Shown: piece after piece, positions 38,284-49,100 of the stretch
How positions within the stretch are numbered: the stretch's first letter is position 1
Layout: each line of letters starts with the position of its first letter
Origin: Trichodelitschia bisporula
Lineage: Eukaryota
Direction: 5' to 3'
DNA: 59,024 bases
Assembly (NCBI GenBank): GCA_010356995.1
Contig: ML996695.1
Coordinates: 1,001,061 to 1,060,084, forward strand
The notes under the pieces: generated by a model
What the model was told of the DNA's origin: nothing
Database searches by the model: none
Seen by the model: only the letters and a program-made list of their open reading frames with translations
Program-made: the position numbers and the translations under genes

Positions 38284-39690
38284 GTTAGGGGAGGCTGTAC
38301 GATAGTGGGATGGGAGGCGGTGGCTGTTCCTGGTTAGTTGGTGCTGGTGGATTGGACACGCTTGTTTTATTTGGTTGGAGCTTGTTGGACACCCGAATAT
38401 CCTATCCTGAATATCCTACCGCGAACCCAGCTAGCAGAATACCACATACGAAACATGATTCCCTATCCCTATTTCGGTTCTGTCGTCCGCGTTGTCCCAG
38501 CCAAGCTTCGAAAACAAGCCTGATCCTCGCTCCCTAGCGGGAAAATATGAAAGGCTTGTGCGCACCATCAACGCATATGCGGTCGATATGGCGCTCAATT
38601 TGGGCGCTAGATGGCCCGGACCGGGGGTCGCGGGGTGGGCGCGCCCGTTCCTGGATCCAGATTGCGAGATGGGGGAAATCCTGGATGGACTGAGGGAAGG
38701 AAATTGGCCTTGGGGTACCAAATGGCAATGCCGTTTTGCGACTTAACTAACTATCTGCTCGTTGATGCATCCGAAGGGATTGTAATGCGGTGAGCGGGGT
38801 TCGGGATCCCCACACAAGCCTCCCGCTAGCTCGGCCTGCCGAACGCCGCTAGAACGCCACCCGCACCCACCACGCGGCTCCAGCCGACGTCACTCGAACG
38901 CGTACATCTCGAACTACAGGACGTACCACTCCCATCCTCGGCTTCCGCGGCCATCGCGCCTTCCGCTCCTCGTCCTATCTTCCCCATTCCACTCCAGCTG
39001 CGGCGATCGGTCACGCAGGTCTCGCCGCTGTCTCTCATCTCGCGCGGCGCGGGCATCTAGTTCTACTGCGTAACCGCACGCACATCGCCATCTGCTCTGC
39101 ACCACCGTTGGAAGCGCGGGGAACCCGGTCTGGCACCGGGGTAATAGAATAAGCATCCCTGGTCGACAGCCGGGTCAGCGACTACTACGCAGGAGGGATC
39201 GCGTCACGCCGCAGCGTCGCACTGGCGGCACTCACGCAGAGCCGGGGTCAACGTGCCTTTCTCCGGGCACAAGGGCCAACCTCACCTCTCGCGGGGGCCC
39301 GGCCAACCCAGACCCAGTTTCACAGCATACTGTACGTTGTAATAACGGCGGGCTAATTACTACCTACCGCTGTTTGCCCAGCATGGCGCGCTTTAAGGAC
39401 GCGGGCTCCCCCGCTCCCGCTGGCCGGGGACGTGGATTTTGTCAGCTAGCTGAGCTACGGTAAGAGACCTTCCATCTCATGTCCATGATATGTGTTTGAG
39501 TATATGCCAAGAACCATACAACCTGCGTTCGGACCAAGTCGTTTACTGTATAAATACCCTTTACGAGACCTTCGCGCTCCATAACTTGTAATCTGCACAC
39601 GCATTCTGCCTTCTAAGTTACAGCACCCCGTTTCTCACAACGTCTGACAGGTTTTCCCCGACTTCACAGCGAGCGAAGAACGGTGCTGTC

Positions 39691-41122
39691 ATGGCGATCT
39701 TCGGTCTCCTGGTGCTTGGGCTGGTGTGCGGGTGGGCGGGCGCGCAGAATGCAACGCGCACCGCGGCCGCGGTGGCGACGACCTTAGCGACCTCGGCTTC
39801 GGCGACCTTCTCGCCGTCTGCGCTCTCGCCGCCTGGAGTCCCTCTCGGCACGTTCAAGGCCGGCCCCGATGCGGATGGGAAGTACACGATTGCAGCGGAG
39901 GGGATACGCGCGCAGTTCATTGCGTATGGCGCGAGTGTGTCGAATCTGTATGTGAAGGATCGGTGGGGTGGGGAGAGGGATGTTGTGCTCGGGTATGATA
40001 ATGCGTCGGCGTATGAGAGGGATGCGAGTCACCCGCATCTGGGGGGCGTGCCGGGTGAGTCGCTAAGGGTTTAGTGTGGGCGCGGACGATGGAGCTGATG
40101 CGGGGCAGGGCGGTATGCGAATCGGATCAAGAACAGCACCTTCAGCATTGAGGGGAAGGCGTATCATGTTCTGCCGAACGAGAATGGTGGCGCGGATACG
40201 CTGCATGGTGGGCCGGATGGGTGGGATTGGGTACGTCTTCCGATTTATGTTGATAACTGCTAACGAGCCAGCGCAACTGGACTGTCCTGGCCCACACGCC
40301 CACCTCCATAACCTTCGAGCTGCGCGACCCAGACGGCAGCCAGGGTTTCCCCGGTGAAGTCATTAGCCAAGTCACATACACCGTGGCAAAGCAGCGGTGG
40401 TACATTCGCATGGTTGCACAGGCGCTCACCAAGAAAACGCCCATTATGCTTAGCTCACACGTCTACTGGAACCTCGACGCCTTCCAGAACCCCAACGGCC
40501 TTTCGGCGCTGAACCACACGCTTTACATGCCCTACTCCAACCGGCGCATTGCGACCGATGGGATCCTGATCCCGACGGGGCAGCTGCTGGCCAATGAGCG
40601 TGGCAGCGTGAATGACTTCTGGTCTGAGCCGCGCACGATTGGGGAGGGATTCGGCGACCCGGCTATTGCGGGGAATTGTGGCGGGGGGTGCGTGGGGTAC
40701 GACACGTGCTACCTGGTCAACCGGACGCCGGAGGAGGAGTCTGACTGGCGGGGTGCGCGGCGTGGCGGCCCTGTGGCTGTGATGGGGAGTGAGTGGAGTG
40801 GGATCCGCGTGGCGGTGTACACTGAACAGGAGGCATTTCAGGTGTACAGTTGCAATGGGCAGAACGGTAAGTCGGGGCTTCCCTATTGATTCGGGGATGT
40901 GAAGAGGCTGACAAACAAGGCACGATGCCGATCAAGAGCAATCAAGGCAATGTTGGCGGACCGCGAACGGTGCCGCAGTATGGGTGCGTGGTGCTGGAAG
41001 TCGAGGACTGGATCGATGGGATCAATCATCCGGAGTGGGAAAGGCAGGCCCGCCAAGTCTTTGGGCCTGGTGATGCGCCGTATGTGCTCGAGGCTGAGTA
41101 TCGCTTTTCGGTGGAGGAGTAA
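39691..41122 (+). CDS. Secreted aldose 1-epimerase (galactose mutarotase-like), 3 introns
   Basis: Signal peptide; DVVLGYD, G|RYANRIKN, TLHGGPDGWD, GFPG, SSHVYWNL, GYDTC, VVLEVEDWIDGINHPEW; TATAAATA at 39549. Confidence 0.93.
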
Positions 41123-41330
41123 CGTGACTCTGGGGCAGACTCCGGGGAAACTCCGAGGCAAACTTTGGGGTGATTGTGGGGAAAGCACGAGGGGGCAGGG
41201 TTAGGGGAAGGAGCGGCCCTTAGAGTGTGTGGGTGAAGCCAACTCGTTCCTGCCATTTGTGTGCCTGGTGGTGATGCTTGGCTCGTCAATGTGACGCCGT
41301 GGTTTTTCCGGCCTGCGGGCCTGGGAGGAC

Positions 41331-41338
41331 TATAAATA
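41331..41338 (+). promoter_or_regulatory. TATA box (TATAAATA) upstream of small ORF 41579
   Basis: Consensus TATA followed by a pyrimidine-rich leader and caatcATGG start context. Confidence 0.55.
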
Positions 41339-41578
41339 CCGCTCGATGCTCTGCTTCCTCCATCTTTTTACATCGTCCCCCAACCAAAGTCTCCAAGTCC
41401 GTTACCAAAGCTTCTTCGTCGTCTGAAGTCGACAACAAGTTCAACCCGCCTCCTCGCTTCTCGGCCGAGTCCGATTGTCCGTCCTCCACCTCCACCACTC
41501 GGTCAATACTCCGCCCACCTCGATTTCGACTTCAATCTCGACCGCCTCCGCTCTTGACGTTGTCAGCAAGTCGCAATC

Positions 41579-41863
41579 ATGGCGGCTTACAATGTCTACC
41601 CTATGGTTCGGAACGAGTACGGCACCTATGGTTGGCATCCGACGTACGCTCCCCTCTTCGAATCGGGCTGGCCGGGCAATCCGCAAGTCTTTCAGAACGG
41701 CTACCCTCCTGTCTTCAATCCGCTGACCGGTCGGTGGGAACACAACATCCAGCTGCCGGTCGTCGTCAACGCCAACTACCAGTATCCGCCTGGTGTCGGC
41801 ATACGCTACGCCTTTCCCGGCTGGGCTGGTCGTCCGTCCTCGATGATACCTTACCTCAACTAG
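41579..41863 (+). CDS. Small (94 aa) Tyr/Pro/Gly/Asn-rich orphan protein
   Basis: Good Kozak context, upstream TATA box, C-ending codon bias (tac, aac, ggc, ttc). Confidence 0.6.
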   Translation: MAAYNVYPMVRNEYGTYGWHPTYAPLFESGWPGNPQVFQNGYPPVFNPLTGRWEHNIQLPVVVNANYQYPPGVGIRYAFPGWAGRPSSMIPYLN

Positions 41864-42012
41864 GCGTGTCTGGCTACGTGTGCTGACGTTTGGCTGGTCT
41901 GGAGGGATGGGCATCTTTAGAAAGAATGACCGTGGTTGTTCGATCTATCGGCAGATTGTCTTCAGGACTGGAAAGCGTCTGGTACTTTGAGGTTGTGGTT
42001 CGTCCTGGTTCG

Positions 42013-42093
42013 TCACTGCCGCGTTGCGATTGCAGTCTATCACTGCTGCATTGCAACTGCGGTTAGTCACTGCTGCGTTGCTATTGCGGTGCA
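42013..42093 (+). repeat. Imperfect 27-bp tandem repeat x3
   Basis: Units start at 42013, 42040 and 42067 (TCACTGCyGCrTTGC...TGCrGT). Confidence 0.75.
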
Positions 42094-42498
42094 ATAATAC
42101 TGCTTTGCAATTGCGGCTCGTTATCCTGGGTCAGGATCCTAGGCGTTGAAGGTCTGCAGGTGCAGATGAAAGTCGTCTAGGCAATTGAAATCGTTGATAC
42201 CCCGTTCTACGTGTCTATGCGTGAAGTCCATGTCCGTGACCGGTGATGATGTGCATATGGCCTGATAGCATAGTATGACGTGATGCACTGAGAGATAAAT
42301 CATGAAGGGAAGGAAAAGCTCCCTGAACGTTTCTATGAGAAGAAGGCACTATCCTACACTCCGTACACCCTCATAAAATCCACACCCTACCCCTAACACC
42401 AGCCACAAGAAGGCACCATACCACTCCCCTCTGCTCCAACCCACATCCACCCCTTCTCTATCCAACACCCACCCATTACATCCTATCAAACGTACCCC

Positions 42499-45400
42499 CT
42501 ACTCCTCCCCCACAAGATCCAAAACCTCAACCTGACTAAGCCTAAACGTACGCCCCCTCCCCTGCATCCCCTCCTCCTCAATCGCAAACCGCCCCTCCGC
42601 GCTCTCTCGCAGGCGGATCAACATTTTGCGAGCGCGGCGGGTGGGTGCGGGTGTGCGTGGCGCGGCGGCGAGTGGGTGGAGGGCTGGTGCGGCGAGCGGA
42701 CCGGAGGTCGGCGACATGGAAACGGAAGTGGTAAGGGGCGATGTGCTGGAGTCCAGGGCGCCGGCGTTGGTTAGATGGAGGGCCGGAGCCGCGCGCCGGC
42801 GCCGAGCCGCGGTTGTCTGGGTCGTCGGTGCGGCGGGCGGATCCGCGTCGCCTGTTAAATTGAGTTCCGCTCGCGCTCGCGCTCGCGTGGTCTTGCGGGG
42901 CGGGGCGGTGGGACGCGGAGGCGGAGGCGGAGGCGGGCCTGCATCCGGTCGTCGCGTGGAGCGCTTGCGGGTTGATACGGCGGGCGGCAGTGGGGGCGGG
43001 GTAGGGGTGCGACGACCGCGTATATCGGCCTCGGGTGAGGTGCGGTTTGGGTTGGGGCGTGAAGTGGGATGGGACCGAGGGGGTGACAGGTCGCCGGTGA
43101 GATCCAGCATTTCGGTTGAATCATGCGGTTCTTCACCTTCTGCAGGCAGGGGCTGGGTCTTGCGCTGGGAAGAGAGGTTTCTTTGCCGCGGGGCTTTTTT
43201 CCGTGGGGCGGTATCGTCGGTGAAGGCGGGTGTCTCTGCTGGAATCTGTGCTGTCGCAGCTTCCGTGTTCGGCTGGTGACTGTGCTGGGAAAAGAGGTTC
43301 CTTTGCCGCGGGGCTTTTGTCCGTGGGGCGACATCGTCGGTGATGACGAGTGTTGCCGTCGAAGCTTGGCTGCTATGCGGGGCGTCGAGTTTGGCTTGCC
43401 GCATTGGTTTTCGCGGCGATGTGCCACTAAGGTCGAGCGTGCCCTGCCGCATTGGCTTCCGCGATGATGCATCGCCTGTGAGGTCGAGTGTCACGGTGGA
43501 AGCCTGGCTGCTCCTCAGGACCTCGAGGGTCGTCTGCCGCGCAGCCTTCCGCGGTGATCCCACGCCCCCCAAATCAAGCGTACCCCGTCCCACCGCCCTC
43601 AGCGGCGACGCATCGGCTATACTATCAAGCCCCGCCTGTCCTCTCCCCGACCCATCCGACCTTGCATAAAAATTCGTAATCCCAGCCTGCCTCCCCCCCG
43701 GCGACGCCAACCCCATCGCCGACTGCGCCCTCGCATGCTTACTCCTCTTCGCAGCCGGCGACAGCGCGCCAGGAGACGCGAAAAAGAGCGGGGACGACGG
43801 GGGCAGGAGTGGATTGTCCGGGAGATCGTCGTCTGTGTAAGGGGAGCGGGGTCGCCGGGGAGAGAGTGGAGGGCGATGGAGGGTGCGTTTCGCTTTTGCG
43901 GACTGTGGGAGGAGGTCGCTTTGGGTGCGGGCGAAGGGGGAGCGGCGCACGCGCGGGGGGGAGGGGGAGAGGAGGTCGATTGTGTCGGGGTGGGAGGTGG
44001 GTTGAGGGTTGGGCTTGGAGGGATTGGAGGTGGTGGTGAAGCGGGTCGGTGCGCTGGAAGGCGGGGGGGAGGAGCTGGCGAGGTCGATGGTTTCGGGCTG
44101 TGAAGCGGGTGGTTGGGAGGAGGGTGGATCGGTACGCTTGGAGGCAGTGGCGGAGGTGTTCGGCTTCGCGGCTGTGGCAAAGCGGTTCAGCGCGCCCGCC
44201 GGCATTGCGGGCTTCGTAGTCTTGCGCTTCGCTCGCGGGGCGCCAGTCTTAGTAGTCTTTGGCGCCGCAGTCTTCTTCTGCTTAGGGCGGGCGCCATCTT
44301 CATAGGTACGCACCGCCGATGGCACGCCCGCCCGAACGAAGGCATCGGCAACCCAGAGCCGCTCTAGATCATTGGGATCGTAAGTCGGCAGGCCGCGCTT
44401 CTTCCTGGGACTGCGCGGAGCGGCGTCATCATCGATCTCGTTATCGCTGGGCGGGAGCGGCTCGTCATCGCTCAAGGGCGGGATCTCGTCGTCCGGTTCT
44501 TCGGCCTCGAGGTCGATGGGCACGAGAGCGATGGGCTTGATGGCCACACGCAGCTCGGGCACACCGTCGTTGGCGGGGTGCGCGCGCTTGCCGTGGATGC
44601 TCTTGATCAGCGCGGACTCCTCCGCTTCCTGCGTTGAGGCGGGGAGGGTGGAGGGCGTTAGGGCGCGCAGGCGGAGTTCGCGGATCAGCACCGCGGGCGC
44701 GAGATTACGGATGAACTTCTTCGCGCCACCGAGCTTAGTCCAGTCAAACGCCTCAGCGGTAAAAGTGCGCAGCTGCGGGAAATCGAGCTCGGCGTCCCAC
44801 TTCAGCACGCCTCGTAGTCGGTCTAGCTTGTCCGGCGGCGACACGACCGGGTGCGTGTAGTAGCGCAGAATCTCGGCGCTGGGGAAGTCGTCCGGGATCT
44901 TTAGCGACTTGTGCTTCGTGCGGAAATACTTGCTCTCGTTGGTGACGAGCTCGTGGGATAACCGCTCGCGCCATGTCGCCAGCGCAGCCGTGTCCCGCCG
45001 CGCGATGCTGCAGAGCTCGGCGCCAAATCCTGCCCTTGCGGCCTCGCAGGCCGTTTTCGGGCCGCATCCGGGGATGCCCTCGGGGATGTAGTCGCCGCCG
45101 CTCATCAGCGCAATGAGCACCATGCCCTCGCGCTCCAACCCGGAGGCGGCCGCCGTCTCGCGCGCATCATACACATTGACATACGTCCTCTCCCGCTCGA
45201 GCGTCCAGTTCCGCAGCGTGACACCGCTGCCAAACATGAGCGTGTCGACATCCTCGCTGAGCACGGCGTCGACGATGCCCTCGCGCTGGAGCAGGGCGCA
45301 TTCGGCCTCGGCTTCGCCCGGGGCGATGTGGAAGGGGATGCCGAATTGTTTGAGTAGCTGCTTGGCGAGAAATTCGGGGATTGAGGCGACGTTGGGGCCG

Positions 45401-45770
45401 GTGCGTTTGTTGCGCTTGAAAGGGGGCTTGTTGGGGCCGTCGAAGACGAAGAGTGGGTGGATGCCGTGTGTGATTAGACGGAGGAGCCGGTAGTAGAAGG
45501 TTCGGAGGGCGGGGTTGACGCCACCTATGACTGTCAGCTTTGTAGCCTTTGAAAGCGATGATGTTGACCTTTGCCGGACTGGATTTGGAACAGCCAGATG
45601 GAGGTGTCGATGGCGATGCGGAACGGGCGCTGGGAGGCTTCGAACTTGTCGACGGCCAGTTTTGACAGCGCAACTTTCCTCCCCGGGCCGATTTCCTTGT
45701 AGATTCTAGCGATATTAGCACTCTGAAGTGTAGAATGAAGGATTTTGGATAGATACCCGTGGATTCCCAT
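42499..45770 (-). CDS. YEN1: XPG/Rad2-family Holliday junction resolvase Yen1/GEN1
   Basis: MGIHG|IYKEIGPG, IAIDTSIWLFQ, FVFDGPNKPPFKR, APGEAEAECA, VLSEDVDTLMFGS, GGDYIPEGIPGCGPKTA; long disordered C-tail; two 5' introns. Confidence 0.9.
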
Positions 45771-46175
45771 GTCGACGGGCTTCGCACGGTGTTGAAGTGA
45801 CGTTCGCCACTGTTTACCGTTGACTGTTTGACGTTGCTATGCACTCTACCAACAGCCAATCAGCGCGTAGCCCGCAGTTTTCTCCGAGCGGGCTTCACCA
45901 CCAACGGGTGTAAACATGGACTCTTGACGTGGTGCATCACCAACTCACATCTCTACCTATTCCAGTCGAATTACGGCGCGTCTTACGTTGAGCGCAACTC
46001 TCCCAATTTGACCTCTCGGCGTCCCATGGCGCAAACAGCTGCCCTTCAACACCACGCGCAACTCCTGCAACCATCCTCGCCTTCCACTTTGAAGTCAAAC
46101 GGGCGCTAGCAGCGCACGATAGTAGCGTGCAATTCAGCAATCCAGAAGGACCATCATCCCTTGCGGAACTTCATC

Positions 46176-49100
46176 ATGACCACACTCCTCAACCTCACCA
46201 GTTTCGAATCTCCGCCCTCCTCGCCCGACCCCCTCACCGTCTCCAACCCATTCACCCAATACCCAGGCTCCGGCCGCTCGCGCAGCAAGACCCCCCTCGT
46301 GTATCGCTCGCCCAACCTGCGCCGCCGCAAACTCACCTTCGACGCGTCATCCGCAATCGCCTCCTCGCCCTCCAAGTCCATGGTGCTCGACACCGGCGGT
46401 GGCCCCGGCGCTAGCCCGTGGCGCATCAAGGTCACAGTTGAAGCGGAGCCGCAGGACGATATGAAGGAGGAGCCGCCGTCGCCGTCACGTCGCGCAGCGC
46501 GCGGAATGGCTCGCACGATGACCATACCGATCAAGGACGCAGGCTCGTCACCGGCGAAGAAGCGGCCGCGTCGGTCAGGTACACCAGCAGTCAGGAAGCG
46601 CGCGCCGACACCGGGCAAGAAGCTCTTGCAGCTGTCCCAAGGCGATATGGAGGATACGCTTTCATCCCAACCGGAATCGTCACCCGCCAAGCGTCGCGGT
46701 CGACCACGCAAGAACCCAGTGCCACCGCCGCCTTCGTCCCCGCCCGTAGAGCAAAGCATCGAAGACGTGGACGCTGCGCCAGAGCAACCCACCTCCTCTA
46801 TTATCAACCCTCGCTTTGACTTTTCCAGTCTCACTCCGCTGCACGCTAAGCAACCGCCCGCAACACACCGGTCGCAGCGGGAAGCCCGACGCGCGCTGCC
46901 TCCTCGTCTGCCAAACCACCGCATTGTTTCAGGAGGGGAAAACGTGCTCAATTTCAGCCCGCTTCCGAACCGCGACACTCCACACAAAGACGCAGTCGCG
47001 TACAGCAGCCAGCGGAGAGGCACAGCAAGACACGTCGACAACATGCCCGAGACATCCAGCGTTGGACGAAAGCGCCGGCGCCCGCTCTCTGCTCAGGAAC
47101 CTGACGCAGCCACCACCTCTCTCCTCGGGCGTTCCTCTACAAAGCGCCCTGGAAATGCCCATTCAGACGTCGACCTGTGGCAGAACATGATATCGCGACA
47201 CAGCAGCGTAACATCAACCGGCGCATCAGACGACTCCGACTTCGGCGACGTCGAACTGACCGGTCGCTCAATCGGCGACAACACGCTGATGCAGAGCGAA
47301 GAATTCACCATGGTATCCATCGATTCGCTCGAGAGCGTACGCGAAATCCATAGCAGCTTCGTCGCAGCAGCAAACGCGACTTCCGCTGCCGAACCTTCCA
47401 CCACTACCTCCACCGACGCCCTCCGCCACTCCACCACCACCGCCGCTCCCCGTGAACCTTCCAAACTGAGTCACTCCTGGTTCCCCGGCACTCCCGCCGA
47501 CAAAGCCCAAGCTCCCTCCCGCGCATCCTCAAAACCACAGTCCGGCGAGAGGCGCTCCTCCCCCCACCTCCTCCGTCGCAGTCAGCCAACATCCGCCTCC
47601 AGCCAGCCCCGCGCCGACAGCAAAGCCCTCGGTTCTCCCCTCAACCTAGTCACTGGCTTCACGCGTGCGGCAACTGCGAGCAGCGTCTTGCAGGACGCAC
47701 TGACCGATCCGATAGGGGCCGTACGGAGTAGCAGCGTTGCGCGTGGCCAGGACGGTCCGCAGGCCGGCTCGATGGATTTGTTCCGCGCGTCTGTCAGCCA
47801 GCGGATTGTGAGCTCGGATCCGCGGTACCCCACCCCGAACTCTGCGGAAAAGGACGTCCAGTCTACACCCCCGGCGCCGCGGATGCTGGCTCCGTATCCG
47901 CAGCTTCAGGCTCCGCGGGAGAGTGAGAGCTCACGCACGAGTCAGGATGAAGTCGTGGATGACGCGGCATCGGTTGGGAGTGTGGGTCATTCGAAAAGAC
48001 GGGAAAGCTTTCGGGCTACGGCGCATCCAATGTCCTCTCCGAGACAGATTATTCAAGAGAAGATCATTCAGGAGAAGGAGGCGCAGTGGCAGGCAGCACG
48101 GGAGGAGGTCAGTCGCCAGATCCGGGCGGCGAGGAAGAGCGATGTTATGGTGATTGAGAGCGACGATGACTATGAAGAGGAAGATGAAGAAGAGAGCCAG
48201 GATGATGCACAAGAAGACGAGGATGGGTCCCACGAGGAGCAAGAATTGGAGGAGGAAGTCGATGAACTGGAGGAAGAACAACAAGAGTACGAGGAGAGTG
48301 TTCACGACGTTGGCCTCGAGGACGAAAATCGGCGCCTCGAATACGACGACCAAGTGGACCAGGAAGCTTTCCGCCAAAGCATCCAGGAGCGTACTCGTCG
48401 CTTGAGTTTCGATAGCAATCACGGCGACAGTTTGGACGCTCACCAGGATATGGACCAAGATGAGAGTCAGAGTGAGCACGAGGACATGGATCAAGACGAG
48501 AGCGGCGACGAGGGTGAGGACCACCACGAGCATGAGCAGGACGTCAGCCACAGGGAAAGAAGCCCAGCACCGGAGATGCAGGAGGCACCGAAGCAGTCGA
48601 ACCCTTCCCCATTCCCACCGCTCCAAGCTGCCCCAAGCTGGCTCAAGCGGCTGCCGCCCCGGGACCAGCCCGACGCGTCATCGACCGCGAACTCGACGAT
48701 TATGCCACCTCCAAAGCCTCTCCCCGAGCACTCCACCCAGCCAACCAGAAGTCCTCCCAAAGCACCACCCGACTTGTCGCTTGGGGGATCTAACATCTTC
48801 GCTCTGAATGCAGCGCGCAACCGCACCCCGGAACCATCCGCAAACCCATCTCCCAAACTCACCTCGAACCCCACCTCCAACCCCGCCCCCGACAACGTCA
48901 TCTATCCTTCCATCTTCGGTCCCGCCTCTGCCGTCGCAGCTGCAGCGACAGAAGACATCTGGGAAGAAGAAGCAAGCCGCGAAACCAACCGGCCCCGCCG
49001 CGCGCCGCGGGCTCCCACCGCCCCGTCCCCACCCCGTCCCCCGTCCCCCAACACCTCAACCCTCTCATCCAACATGCCGCCTCGTCCGCGCCTCCGCGCC

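Noticed and set aside
38431..38793. Short ORFs on both strands between the Ser-rich gene and the epimerase
   Set aside because: Non-ATG starts and no supporting signals.
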